From Gemmatimonadales bacterium (GTDB lineage: Bacteria > Gemmatimonadota > Gemmatimonadetes > Gemmatimonadales > GWC2-71-9): 64,000 nucleotides of DNA. A program made the position numbers and the translations under genes. Where the stretch lies: NCBI GenBank assembly GCA_035500495.1, contig DATJXC010000008.1, positions 19,150-83,149 on the forward strand, written 5' to 3'. How positions within the stretch are numbered: the stretch's first letter is position 1; each line of letters opens with the position of its first letter. This document shows, piece by piece, positions 26,532 to 36,406 of the stretch. The notes below the pieces were generated by a model. It worked only from the letters and a program-made list of their open reading frames with translations. It searched no databases and was not told where the DNA came from.

Positions 26532-27572
26532 ATGCGCGCCGGTGTTCTACTAGCCAAGGGGGGACTCGAGCACCTCGCGGTAGCGGAGGTGGCGAGCGCG
26601 CCGGAGCCCGGCCCCGGCGAAGTGCGGGTCGCGCTCCACGCCGCCGCCCTCAATCATCTCGATCTCCACGTCGTTGCGGGGCTTCCCGGCATCCCCTATC
26701 CGCCGCGGAAGGTTCTCGGAGCTGACGGCGCGGGAGTGATCGAGGACGTCGGCCCCGGTGTGACGCACGTCCGCCCGGGCGATCGAGTGCTCATCAATCC
26801 CGGGGTCGCCGACTACAGCTGCGACTTCTGTCGCGCCGGCGAGCACAACCTCTGCGTCAACTACGGGATTCTGGGTGAGCATCTCCCCGGGACCCTGGCC
26901 GAATTCATCACTATCCCCGGCGCGAACGTCGCCCCGATTCCGCCACTCGACCCGCCACTCACCTGGGCCGAGGCGGCGGCGTTTTCCCTTGTGACCCTCA
27001 CCGCCTGGCGGATGCTCGTGACCCGCGCACGCGTGCGGTCCGGCGAAACGGTGCTGATCTGGGGGATCGGCGGCGGCGTGTCGCTCGCCGCCCTCCAGGT
27101 CGCCAAGCTCCACGGGGCGCGCGTCATCGCCACGTCGTCCAGCGACGCCAAGCTGGCCCGGGCCCGCGCCCTCGGCGCGGATGTCACGCTGAATCACACG
27201 ACTCAGTCCGTTGCGAAGGAGGTCCGCACACTCACCGCCAAGCGGGGCGTGGACGTGGTGGTCGAGAACGTCGGCGAGGCGACCTGGGAAGACTCCTTGA
27301 AGAGCCTTGGTAAGGGCGGACGGCTCGTGACCTGCGGCGCGACCACCGGGCCGCTGGTGGTGAGCGACGTGCGCCGCCTGTTCTGGAATAACTTGACGAT
27401 CATGGGCTCCACGATGGGCAACGCCGCGGAGTACCAGGAGATCGTCCGCGTGCTGGGGACGGGCGCGCTGCGGCCGATCGTGGATCACGTCTACCCGCTC
27501 TCCCAGGTTCGCGCCGCCTTCGAGCGCTTGCAGCGAGGCGAGCAACTCGGCAAAATCACGGTCGAGATATAG
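26532..27572 (+). CDS. Zinc-type alcohol dehydrogenase / quinone oxidoreductase (MDR family)
   Basis: MDR layout with a GHE-like region, nucleotide-binding VLIWGIGGGVSLAALQVAK, and C-terminus GKITVEI. The start is ATG 26532 or GTG 26523. Confidence 0.85.
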   Translation: MRAGVLLAKGGLEHLAVAEVASAPEPGPGEVRVALHAAALNHLDLHVVAGLPGIPYPPRKVLGADGAGVIEDVGPGVTHVRPGDRVLINPGVADYSCDFCRAGEHNLCVNYGILGEHLPGTLAEFITIPGANVAPIPPLDPPLTWAEAAAFSLVTLTAWRMLVTRARVRSGETVLIWGIGGGVSLAALQVAKLHGARVIATSSSDAKLARARALGADVTLNHTTQSVAKEVRTLTAKRGVDVVVENVGEATWEDSLKSLGKGGRLVTCGATTGPLVVSDVRRLFWNNLTIMGSTMGNAAEYQEIVRVLGTGALRPIVDHVYPLSQVRAAFERLQRGEQLGKITVEI

Positions 27573-27583
27573 CCGATTCCGAG

Positions 27584-27612
27584 TTGCATTTCTCTGTCTA
27601 AGTGTTTAGTTT
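27584..27612 (+). promoter_or_regulatory. Candidate sigma70-type promoter upstream of gyrA (TTGCAT-N17-TAGTTT)
   Basis: Lies in the only AT-rich island of the gyrA upstream region (27584-27625). The hexamers were read by eye. Confidence 0.3.
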
Positions 27613-27642
27613 TTATAAACTTAGGACGCTGTATGGCCGTTG

Positions 27643-27677
27643 CCCTGACCCCTGGTCCCTGACCCCAGGCCCCTGCC
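27643..27677. repeat. Single-arm tandem heptamer array (CCCTGAC-like x5) in the gyrA 5' leader
   Basis: ccctgac ccctggt ccctgac cccaggc ccctgcc, ending 4 nt before the gyrA ATG. The complementary strand is GGGG-CCT-GGGG-TCA-GGG-ACCA-GGGG-TCA-GGG. Confidence 0.8.
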
Positions 27678-27681
27678 TTTT

Positions 27682-30225
27682 ATGACCGCACCTAACGCCC
27701 GCGAACGCATCCTCCCGCGCCTGATCGAGGATGAGCTGAAGGAATCGTTCCTCGACTATTCGATGAGCGTCATCGTGCAGCGCGCGCTGCCCGATGTGCG
27801 CGACGGCTTGAAGCCCGTCCATCGCCGGATTCTCTACGCGATGAACGAGCTGGGACTGCTCCCCGGTCGGCCCTACAAGAAGAGCGCCACGGTCGTGGGC
27901 GACGTGCTCGGCAAGTACCACCCGCACGGTGACCTCGCGGTCTACGACTCCCTGGTTCGCATGGTGCAGGAATTTTCCTTGCGCTACCCGCTCATCGATG
28001 GGCAGGGGAACTTCGGCTCGGTGGACGGCGACTCCGCGGCGGCCTATCGCTACACCGAGGCGCGGCTCACGCGGGTCGCCATGACGATGTTGGAGGACAT
28101 CGAAAAGAACACCGTCGATTTCGTCCCCAATTTCGATGACCGGCTGCAGGAGCCGACGGTCCTCCCGGGCAGACTCCCGAACCTGATCGTCAACGGCTCG
28201 TCGGGGATCGCGGTCGGCATGGCCACCAACATTCCGCCGCACAACCTGGGCGAGACGGTGGCCGCGATCGTCCACCTGGCGGACCACCCCGACGCCGGGA
28301 TCAAGGACCTCCGCAAGTTCATCAAGGGACCCGATTTCCCCACCGGCGGCATCATCTACGGGCGAGAGGGGATCAAGGAGTGCTACGAGAAGGGGCGCGG
28401 CCGCATCGTGATCCGGGCGCGCGCACAGACCGAAGAGGTCAAATCCACCGGGCGGTATCAGCTCGTCGTCACCGAATTCCCCTACCAGGTGAGCCCCGAG
28501 CGGGTGATCGAGCAGATCCGCGATCTGGTGCTGGGGAAGAAGCTCGAGGGGATCTCCGACCTGCGCAACGAATCCGATCGCGAGGGGATCCGGGTCGTGA
28601 TCGAGCTGAAACGCGACGCCGTGCCGGCGGTCGTGTTGAATCAGCTCTACAAGCACACCCAGATGCAGGTGACCTTCGGCGCCATCATGCTGGCCCTGGT
28701 GGACGGCGCGCCGAAGGAGATGGCGCTGAAGGAGCTGCTCCAGCACTTCATCGATCACCGCCACACCGTCATCACCCGCCGGACCCAGTTCGACCTCGAC
28801 CGGGCGCTCGACCGGGAGCATATCCTCGAAGGCTTGAAGATCGCCGTCGACAACATTGACGAGGTCATCAAGATCATCCGCAAGTCGAAGGACACCCCCA
28901 CCGCCGATGCGGCTCTGCGCAAGCGCTTCAAGTTCTCCGAACGGCAGTCGGCCGAGATCCTGAACATGCGGCTTGCGCGCCTCACCGCCCTCGAGATCTC
29001 CAAGCTCGAGGCCGAGCTGAAGGACGTGCGCCGGTTCATCAAGGAATGCCGGGAGATTCTGGCCTCGAAGCCCCGCCGCATGAAGATCCTCAAGGAGGAA
29101 CTGACGGAGGTGGCGCACGGCTTCGGCGACGAGCGGCGTACCGAGATCGTGGCCGACCAGGGCGAGTTCTCGATCGAGGATCTGATCGCCGAAGAGGACA
29201 TGGTCATCACCGTGTCCCACTCGGGCTACATCAAGCGTTTGCCGGTTTCGTCGTATCGCCGGCAGCGGCGCGGCGGGCGGGGGGTGACCGCCGCGCACAC
29301 CAAGGAAGACGACTGGGTCGAGCATCTGTTCATCGCCTCGACCCACGACTATATGATGTTCTTCACCCAGGACGGCCAATGCTACTGGCTGAAGGTGCAC
29401 GAGATCCCGCAGGCCGCCCGGGCGGCGCGCGGCAAGCCGATCGCGCACTGCGTGGCGATGAAGCCGGAGGAACGGCTCGCGGCGCTCGTCCCCGTGCGCG
29501 AGTTCTCCGAGGAGCAGTTCCTCTTCTTCGCGACCAAGAAGGGCGTGGTCAAGAAGACCCGGCTTTCGGAGTTCGGCAACCCGCGCTCCAACGGCATCCG
29601 GGCGATCAACATCGAGACCGGCGACGAGCTGATCGACGTCCAGGTCACCGACGGCAAGAACGACATCGTGCTGGCCACGCGCCGCGGGATGAGCATCCGG
29701 TTCCATGAGCAGGACGTGCGGGACATGGGCCGCGCGGCGACCGGCGTGTGGGGGATTTCGCTCGACAAGAAGGACGCCTGTATCGATCTCGTCGTGATTC
29801 GCCGCGCCTCGACGCTGCTCGCCGTCACGGAAAAGGGCATGGGCAAACGCTCGGAGCTCGACGAGTATCGGGTGCAGCACCGCGGCGGCCGCGGCATCAT
29901 CACCCTCAAGCAATCCGACAAGACCGGGGACATCGTCGCCCTGAAGGAAGTGCTTCCCGAGGACGAGCTGATGATGATCACCAAGAAGGGAATCATGATC
30001 CGGGTCCCGGTGGACGGGATCCGCATCTCCGGGCGCAACACGCAGGGGGTCCGTGTCATGAACCTCACTCCCGGAGACCTGGTGGTGGACGTGGCGCGGG
30101 TCGTGAAGGAAGAGGAGGAGGACGCGGGCGCGGAGGACGAGTCCGAGGAGGCCCCCCCCGCCTCCCCGAGCCCCGCGACGACTGCCGCAGCGCCCCGGAA
30201 GGCCCGGGCCCCGGCGAAGCGGTGA
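27682..30225 (+). CDS. gyrA: DNA gyrase subunit A
   Basis: 847-aa ORF with canonical GyrA N-terminus ([33 protein letters not shown]), C-terminal beta-pinwheel repeats and an acidic tail. Confidence 0.97.
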   Translation: MTAPNARERILPRLIEDELKESFLDYSMSVIVQRALPDVRDGLKPVHRRILYAMNELGLLPGRPYKKSATVVGDVLGKYHPHGDLAVYDSLVRMVQEFSLRYPLIDGQGNFGSVDGDSAAAYRYTEARLTRVAMTMLEDIEKNTVDFVPNFDDRLQEPTVLPGRLPNLIVNGSSGIAVGMATNIPPHNLGETVAAIVHLADHPDAGIKDLRKFIKGPDFPTGGIIYGREGIKECYEKGRGRIVIRARAQTEEVKSTGRYQLVVTEFPYQVSPERVIEQIRDLVLGKKLEGISDLRNESDREGIRVVIELKRDAVPAVVLNQLYKHTQMQVTFGAIMLALVDGAPKEMALKELLQHFIDHRHTVITRRTQFDLDRALDREHILEGLKIAVDNIDEVIKIIRKSKDTPTADAALRKRFKFSERQSAEILNMRLARLTALEISKLEAELKDVRRFIKECREILASKPRRMKILKEELTEVAHGFGDERRTEIVADQGEFSIEDLIAEEDMVITVSHSGYIKRLPVSSYRRQRRGGRGVTAAHTKEDDWVEHLFIASTHDYMMFFTQDGQCYWLKVHEIPQAARAARGKPIAHCVAMKPEERLAALVPVREFSEEQFLFFATKKGVVKKTRLSEFGNPRSNGIRAINIETGDELIDVQVTDGKNDIVLATRRGMSIRFHEQDVRDMGRAATGVWGISLDKKDACIDLVVIRRASTLLAVTEKGMGKRSELDEYRVQHRGGRGIITLKQSDKTGDIVALKEVLPEDELMMITKKGIMIRVPVDGIRISGRNTQGVRVMNLTPGDLVVDVARVVKEEEEDAGAEDESEEAPPASPSPATTAAAPRKARAPAKR

Positions 30226-30226
30226 C

Positions 30227-31165
30227 GTGACCATCACCGATCAGGACATCCGCGACGCCGCCGCGGCGCTGCGCGGCATCGCCGTCCGCACGCCGCTGCT
30301 CTGGGTGCCGGCCCTCTCCGCCTACCTGAAACGCGAAGATCTCCAGCCGGTCGGCGCCTTCAAGGTGCGTGGCGCCTACAACGCCGTGCGGCGTCTGTCG
30401 GACGCGGTCCGCCGGCGCGGCGTCATCACCTATTCGAGCGGCAATCACGGGCAGGCGCTGGCCTTCGCCGCCAAGCAGTTCGGCGTCCGCGCGGTGGTCA
30501 CGATGCCCGAGACCGCCCCCACGATCAAGGTCGAGGGCGTCAAACGGTGGGGCGGGGAAGTCGTGCTGGCCGGTCGCACCTCCGAGGACCGCCGCCTCGT
30601 CGCCGAGGAGATCGCGGCCCGGGAAGGGCTGGCGATCGTGCCGCCGTTCGATCATCCGGACATCGTGGCCGGTCAGGCCACCGTCGGCCTGGAGATCGCC
30701 GAAGAGCTCCCCGAGGTGGCCACGGTCGTCGTCCCCGTGGGCGGGGGCGGGCTCGTGTCGGGTGTCGTCCGCGGGCTCGCCGCGGCGCGGAGCCGGGCGA
30801 TGGTGTGGGGAGTGGAGCCGGCCGGGGCTCCCAAGCTCTCGCGATCCTGGGCCGCCGGGCATCCGGTGCGCCTGGAGCAGTCGGCCAGCGTGGCGGACGG
30901 GCTCATCACGCTCACGGTGGGGGCGATCCCGTTCGCGGTGCTGCAGGAGCAGCGCGATCGGTTCGCCGGTGTGGTGACGGTCGAGGATGACAGCATCCGC
31001 GAAGCAGTGCATTTTCTACGGCGCGAGTGCGGGCTGGTGGTGGAGCCTTCGGGCGCCGCCACGACGGCCGCGCTGCGATCCGGGGCCGTTCACCAGGCGG
31101 CGGCCGGACCGACCGTGCTCGTGGTCAGCGGGGGCAACCTGGACCCCGCCTTGCTCGAGGCCTGA
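30227..31165 (+). CDS. PLP-dependent threonine/serine dehydratase (threonine ammonia-lyase, short form)
   Basis: GAFKVRGA (PLP lysine), SSGNHGQALA and VPVGGGGL motifs. GTG start 1 nt after the gyrA stop. Confidence 0.85.
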   Translation: MTITDQDIRDAAAALRGIAVRTPLLWVPALSAYLKREDLQPVGAFKVRGAYNAVRRLSDAVRRRGVITYSSGNHGQALAFAAKQFGVRAVVTMPETAPTIKVEGVKRWGGEVVLAGRTSEDRRLVAEEIAAREGLAIVPPFDHPDIVAGQATVGLEIAEELPEVATVVVPVGGGGLVSGVVRGLAAARSRAMVWGVEPAGAPKLSRSWAAGHPVRLEQSASVADGLITLTVGAIPFAVLQEQRDRFAGVVTVEDDSIREAVHFLRRECGLVVEPSGAATTAALRSGAVHQAAAGPTVLVVSGGNLDPALLEA

Positions 31166-31178
31166 GATCTCGGACCCC

Positions 31179-32624
31179 ATGACCGCGACGCCACCCCCCG
31201 GCTTCAAGATCCTGCTGGCCGACGACGACGAGTCGCTGGTCCGGACCCTGTCCTGGATCCTGAAGGAGCACGGCTACGAGGTCGTGGTGACGCACAGCGG
31301 CGAGAACCTGCTGCCACTCCTGGAGGAGGAGAAGCCGCACCTCCTGCTCCTCGACATCATGATGCCGCAGATCGACGGGCTGGCGCTGCTCGAGCGGTTG
31401 AAGAGTGATCAGCGCTTCAAGGACCTTCCCGTGCTGATGCTCTCGTCGATGCCGCCCGAAGAGGCGACGGTGAAGTCCCTGGGGTTGGGCGCCGCCGACT
31501 TCATCGCCAAGCCGTTCCGCGTGCGCGAGCTGCTCGCGCGCGTGGACGCGCACCTCCGCGTGGGGCAGGCCCTCTCCACGGCCCGCGAAGAGGCGCGGAG
31601 CCGCGCGGCGATGGTGGACATCCTGCACGAGGTCACCGACTCCCTCAAGCCGGACGAGATCTACCACATCCTCGCCCGGCGGGTGGCGCGCGTCCTCAAC
31701 ATCTCCAAGTGCTCGATGGTGCTCGCCAAGCCGGGGGACACGGTCGGGATCGTGGTCGCGGCGTATGAAAACCCGATGCTCCGCAATCTCGAAATCGATC
31801 TGTCGCGGTATCCGGAAATCCAGCAGGCGCTCGGCTCGGCGCGCACCGTGCTGGTCACGGACGTCGCGCAGGACCCCCTGTACGAGAAGGAACGCGAGCG
31901 TTGGAAGAAGGAAAACGTGCAGGTCCCCACCCGCTCCGCCGCCGCGCTGCCGTTCTACATGCGGGACCGCCAGGTCGGTGTCTTCTTCCTCCGCACCACG
32001 GGGGACGACCCCGCGCTGACGCGGGCCGACACGCAGTTCGCCGAGACGGTCATCAAGACCGCGGTGTCCGCGATCGAGAAGGCGTACGATTTCGAATCCA
32101 CCGTGTCCGACAAAGAGCGGCTCGAGAAGCTCGCGGTCACGGATGCCCTGACCGGCACGCTCAATCGCCGGGGGTTGGCCGAGGCCCTCGAAAGCGAGCT
32201 GGACCGGGCCCGCCGCTATGGCTTCTCGGTCAGCATTCTGCTCGCCGACATCGATCACTTCAAGCGGATCAACGACGAACGGGGCCATCTGGCGGGGGAC
32301 TCGGTGTTGCGGCAAGTTGGTGACCTGCTGCGCCGCGAGGCTCGCTCCGTGGACATCGTGGCTCGCTATGGCGGCGAAGAATTCGTCGTCGTGATGCCGG
32401 AGACGACGCTCCCGGGCGCGGCCATTTTTGCCGAACGCCTGCGCCAGCGGATCGCGCAGCGCGACTTCGCGGATCCGGGAGGAGATCCCCTGAACTTCAC
32501 GGTGAGCATCGGGCTGGCCAGCTTCCCGAACGAGCGCGTCACGAGCGCGGACAGTTTCGTCGCCCTCGCGGACCAGGCGTTGTATCGCGCCAAGCACGAA
32601 GGCCGCAACCTGGTGCGCGAATGA
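31179..32624 (+). CDS. Response regulator with REC-GAF-GGDEF domains (diguanylate cyclase)
   Basis: REC (ILLADDDE...LLLLDIMMPQIDG...KPF), a central GAF-like region, then GGDEF (DIDHFKRINDERGHLAGD, RYGGEEFVVVM). Start moved to ATG 31179. Confidence 0.88.
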   Translation: MTATPPPGFKILLADDDESLVRTLSWILKEHGYEVVVTHSGENLLPLLEEEKPHLLLLDIMMPQIDGLALLERLKSDQRFKDLPVLMLSSMPPEEATVKSLGLGAADFIAKPFRVRELLARVDAHLRVGQALSTAREEARSRAAMVDILHEVTDSLKPDEIYHILARRVARVLNISKCSMVLAKPGDTVGIVVAAYENPMLRNLEIDLSRYPEIQQALGSARTVLVTDVAQDPLYEKERERWKKENVQVPTRSAAALPFYMRDRQVGVFFLRTTGDDPALTRADTQFAETVIKTAVSAIEKAYDFESTVSDKERLEKLAVTDALTGTLNRRGLAEALESELDRARRYGFSVSILLADIDHFKRINDERGHLAGDSVLRQVGDLLRREARSVDIVARYGGEEFVVVMPETTLPGAAIFAERLRQRIAQRDFADPGGDPLNFTVSIGLASFPNERVTSADSFVALADQALYRAKHEGRNLVRE

Positions 32625-33730
32625 GCCAGCGCCGCTGCCCCAAGTGCAAGACGGTCTATTCCGACGCCGCCCGCTTCTGCCCCAAGGACGGGTCGATGCT
32701 GGTGGACGTGCAGGGCACGGCCACCCCGCCGCCGGCCGCCCCGTCCCCCGCGGGGGGAAGCGCCACGGCCGTCCGGACGCCTGCCGCCGCCAAAGCCAGC
32801 CCCATCCCCGACCGCGCCTCCACCCTGTCCAATCAGATTCTGGACGGGCGCTATCAGGTGATGAAGAAGCTCGGCGAAGGCGGGATGTCCTACGTCTATC
32901 TGGCCAAGGAGCTTTCGTCGGGCACCGAGGTCGCGATCAAGGTCCTCTCGCCCCGGCTCGCCAGCGACAAGAGCTCGGTCGAGCGGCTGCGCCGGGAGGC
33001 GGGTCTGGCGATGCGGCTCGATCATCCCAACGTCTGCCGCATCTTCCGGCTGGGGGAATCCGAAGACGGCCTAATCTACCTGGTGATGCCCTTCCTCCAC
33101 GGCGACCTGCTCTCCGACCGCGAAGTGAAGGGCGGCCCCATGGACGTGGAGACCGGGGTCAAGTTCCTCCGCCAGGTCTGCGCCGGCCTGCAGCACGCGC
33201 ACGAGCTGCAGATCGTGCATCGCGATTTGAAGCCCGAGAACATCATGATCATCGGCGACTCCGACGGGGGCGAACGGGCCGTCGTGATGGACTTTGGGTT
33301 GGCCAAGGAACGGCGTGCCGACCCGTCGATCGCCAAGCTCACCGCTACCGGGATCATCCTCGGCACCCCGGAGTTCATGAGCCCCGAGCAGATCCGCGGT
33401 AAAGCCCTCGATGCCCGCTCCGACATCTACGCGCTCGGGATCGTGGCCTTCGAGATGTTCACCGGGAAGCTGCCGTTCCAGGGCCGCAACGCGCAGGAAA
33501 TGATGATCGCCCGCCTGCGCGGCAGCCCCCTGCCGCTGCGCCAGGTGCGCCCCGACATGCCGGAGTGGCTCGAGAAGGCGCTGGCCAAGGCCATGGAGAC
33601 CAATCCCGACAGCCGCTACTCGACCGCGCTGGAATTCGCCGAAGCCCTGTCGCCGAACACTGGTTCGGGGGGCGGCTCCGGCGCGGGAGGTGGGGGGCTG
33701 TTCGGGAAGCTGAAAGAGAAGTTCAAGTGA
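32621..33730 (+). CDS. Ser/Thr protein kinase with an N-terminal zinc-ribbon
   Basis: CPKCKTVYSDAARFCPKDG, then Hanks kinase motifs (AIKVL, HRDLKPENI, DFGLA, GTPEFMSPE). Overlaps the upstream gene by 4 nt. Confidence 0.9.
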   Translation: MSQRRCPKCKTVYSDAARFCPKDGSMLVDVQGTATPPPAAPSPAGGSATAVRTPAAAKASPIPDRASTLSNQILDGRYQVMKKLGEGGMSYVYLAKELSSGTEVAIKVLSPRLASDKSSVERLRREAGLAMRLDHPNVCRIFRLGESEDGLIYLVMPFLHGDLLSDREVKGGPMDVETGVKFLRQVCAGLQHAHELQIVHRDLKPENIMIIGDSDGGERAVVMDFGLAKERRADPSIAKLTATGIILGTPEFMSPEQIRGKALDARSDIYALGIVAFEMFTGKLPFQGRNAQEMMIARLRGSPLPLRQVRPDMPEWLEKALAKAMETNPDSRYSTALEFAEALSPNTGSGGGSGAGGGGLFGKLKEKFK

Positions 33731-33731
33731 A

Positions 33732-34817
33732 GTGAAGCGCTTTCCCGCCTTCGATCCACCGGAGTACCTCGAGTGGAAGCCCGATCCCCGCCTCGTTCGG
33801 GCCTACCGGAAGACCATCGAAGACGATCCGGAGCGCTCGGTGCGCGTCGCCGGCCTCTCCAAGGAGCAGCGCCTCGAGCTCTACGCCGGCCTGCTGCGGT
33901 TCCGCCTGCACGACATCACCCTGAAGCGCTGGGTCAAGACGGGCGTCATCTCCAAGGCGTGGCTCGGTACCGGGGAAGAGGCCACGACGGTCGGACCGGT
34001 GCAGGCGCTGCAGCGCGACCGCGACGTCGTCGCCCCGATGATCCGCAACGCCGGCGCGGTGATCGAAATGGGAGTGCCGATCACCGCCGCGCTGCGCGCC
34101 TACCTCGGCACGGCGGATGCGCCCTCACATGGACGAGATCTGCACGTCGGGGACCTGGGGCGCGGCGTGCTGCAGCCGATCTCCCACGTCGGCGACGTCG
34201 TCCCGGTGATCGCCGGTATCGCACTCACCTTCAAGATGCGACGGGAGCCGCGGGTCGCCCTGACGTGGATCGGCGACGGCTCGACCAAGACCGCGGCAGC
34301 CCACGAAGGAACGAATTTCGCGGCGGTGCAGCACCTCCCCGCCATCCTCATCATCCAGAACAACCAGGTCGCCCTCGGCACCCGGCTGGCGCAGCATCAT
34401 CTTCCCAAGAACTTCGACGACTGGGCGGCTTCGTACGGAATCTGGGGGCTCACCTTCGACGGCAACAACGTGCTCGATGCCTGGGCCGCAACGCGGCTCG
34501 CGGCCGAGCGCTGCCGGGCGGGGAATGGGCCGGCGCTGCTCGTGGCGGAGACATTCCGCATGGGCGGCCACGCCACCCACGACGAGCGCGAGGCGCGCGA
34601 GACGTTCCCGGCCAAGTTGTTTGCGGAGTGGGGAAAGCGGGATCCCATCGGATTGTACGAGGAGTATCTGAAGGAGGATGGCTGGACCGAGCCCCAGCTG
34701 CTCCAAGTTGAAGCGGCGGTAACGGCTCAGGTGGAACGGGCCGAGCAAGAGGCAATCGCGAGCCGGGGAGCGATGCCGGCAGGGGAGAGCGCGGTGACGG
34801 GGGTGTATGCGGGCTAG
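33732..34817 (+). CDS. TPP-dependent 2-oxoacid dehydrogenase E1 component, alpha subunit
   Basis: TPP-binding motif IGDGSTKTAAAHEGTNFAAV...IIQNNQVALGT. GTG start 1 nt after the kinase stop. No E1 beta or E2 gene follows. Confidence 0.85.
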   Translation: MKRFPAFDPPEYLEWKPDPRLVRAYRKTIEDDPERSVRVAGLSKEQRLELYAGLLRFRLHDITLKRWVKTGVISKAWLGTGEEATTVGPVQALQRDRDVVAPMIRNAGAVIEMGVPITAALRAYLGTADAPSHGRDLHVGDLGRGVLQPISHVGDVVPVIAGIALTFKMRREPRVALTWIGDGSTKTAAAHEGTNFAAVQHLPAILIIQNNQVALGTRLAQHHLPKNFDDWAASYGIWGLTFDGNNVLDAWAATRLAAERCRAGNGPALLVAETFRMGGHATHDEREARETFPAKLFAEWGKRDPIGLYEEYLKEDGWTEPQLLQVEAAVTAQVERAEQEAIASRGAMPAGESAVTGVYAG

Positions 34818-34841
34818 CGGTGAGTCGATGGTTGGCGGGGC

Positions 34842-36386
34842 ATGCGCGCGTTAGGTCGATGCACCCTCATGGCCGTCCTGCTCGGAGGGCGGCTTGCGGC
34901 GCAGCAGCGCTCGGTCGACATCGAATCGTACTCCTTCGAGTTGACCCTCCCGGATAGCGGCACTCTGCTGAATGGAACGGCCCACATCCGCTTCAAGAAC
35001 CTGGTCGGCGACACCCTGTGGTTGGATCTCGTGGGCATGTCGATCGACCAGGTGAGCGCTCCGTTTTCATACGACGGACGCAGCCTGAAGATCGCCGTGA
35101 ACGCCCAGTCCGTCTCCATCACCTATCACGGGGTCCCCCAGGATGGGCTGATCATTCAGACCAATGCGCGGGGCCAACGGAGCGCGTTCGGTGACAACTG
35201 GCCCGAGCGGGCTCGGTTTTGGCTCCCCACAGTGGACCATCCCAGTGACAAAGCGGCTGTGGAGTTCTCAGTGAAAGCGCCCGCGGGATGGAGGGTCGTC
35301 GCCAACGGGAGGCCCTGCGTTGCCGTGGCAACCTGCTTCACCGAGGTTCGACCCATCCCGGCCTACACCATGGTCATCGGTGCGGGGGTGTTCACCGTTT
35401 CCCAGCACCGCCCCATCATCCACGGCCGCGACACGATCCCCATGGAAGTCTGGACCTACCCCGAGGATTCCGCCTTCGCCGATTCCGGCCCCTTCAAGAA
35501 CGCCACCGAAATCGTCGAGACGCTGGAGCGGATCGTGGGACCGTTCCCCTACGAGAAGCTGGCGCACGTCGAGTCATCGACTCGCTACGGGGGCATGGAG
35601 AACTCGAGCGCGATCTTCTATGCCGAACAACCCTACGTGCGGCGCACCATGCGCGAAGGGGTGGTGCGCCACGAGACGGCGCACCAGTGGTTCGGCGACG
35701 CGGTCACCGAACGCGACTGGCATCACCTCTGGCTCTCGGAGGGGTTCGCGAGCTACTTCGATCTCGTGGTCGGCGCCGCGCTGCACGGCGATTCGGTGCT
35801 CGTGAGCGGCATGCGGGGCGACGCCGCCGAGTACTTCAAGTCCGGCGTCGTGAACCGGGCGATCATCGATACGACCACCGACGATCCCAACAAGCTCTTG
35901 AACGCCAACGTCTATCCCAAGGGCGCGTGGGTGCTGCACATGCTGCGGGAGCAGATCGGGGACTCGGCGTTCTTCCGGGGCATCCGGGACTACTATCACC
36001 GCTACCGGGACTCGACCGCGCTGTCCGAGGATTTCCAGCAGGTGATGCAGCAGGCCTCGGGCCAGCGGCTCGACTGGTTCTTCAACCAATGGCTGCGCCA
36101 GCCGGGGTACCCGCAGTTGACCTGTGCCTGGAGCTACGACCGCGCGACTCACGCCCTGACCGTGCACGTGCACCAGGCACAGCCGCAGGCGTGGGGGTTG
36201 TTTCGGCTCCCCGCCCTGGTGATCGAAGCAAGCGGCCCGGACCAGGCTACCGGGTCACGGGTAAGACAGTCCGTCGCGGTCGATGGGCGCGACGTCACCG
36301 CGCGGTTCACCGTACCGTTCGCTCCGACCGGTGTCGCCCTCGACCCGGACGGCCGGTTCCTGATGACGAGCAAAGTGACCCACTGA
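34842..36386 (+). CDS. M1-family zinc metallopeptidase (aminopeptidase N-like), secreted
   Basis: Signal peptide, GMENSS, and HETAHQWFGD...WLSEGFASY (HExxH-x18-E). Confidence 0.9.
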   Translation: MRALGRCTLMAVLLGGRLAAQQRSVDIESYSFELTLPDSGTLLNGTAHIRFKNLVGDTLWLDLVGMSIDQVSAPFSYDGRSLKIAVNAQSVSITYHGVPQDGLIIQTNARGQRSAFGDNWPERARFWLPTVDHPSDKAAVEFSVKAPAGWRVVANGRPCVAVATCFTEVRPIPAYTMVIGAGVFTVSQHRPIIHGRDTIPMEVWTYPEDSAFADSGPFKNATEIVETLERIVGPFPYEKLAHVESSTRYGGMENSSAIFYAEQPYVRRTMREGVVRHETAHQWFGDAVTERDWHHLWLSEGFASYFDLVVGAALHGDSVLVSGMRGDAAEYFKSGVVNRAIIDTTTDDPNKLLNANVYPKGAWVLHMLREQIGDSAFFRGIRDYYHRYRDSTALSEDFQQVMQQASGQRLDWFFNQWLRQPGYPQLTCAWSYDRATHALTVHVHQAQPQAWGLFRLPALVIEASGPDQATGSRVRQSVAVDGRDVTARFTVPFAPTGVALDPDGRFLMTSKVTH

Positions 36387-36406
36387 GAATCGACGGAGGC
36401 GAGTCG

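Noticed and set aside
27613-30237. 874-aa ORF on the minus strand
   Set aside because: It is exactly antisense to gyrA, and its Arg/Gly/Asp/His/Leu-rich (R/G/D/H/L) low-complexity translation has no motifs. This is a typical high-GC shadow ORF.
35288-36406. N-terminal 373 aa of the listed 751-aa ORF 35288..37543
   Set aside because: It overlaps the M1 peptidase gene out of frame. The real PQQ-dehydrogenase starts with a lipoprotein signal at 36407.
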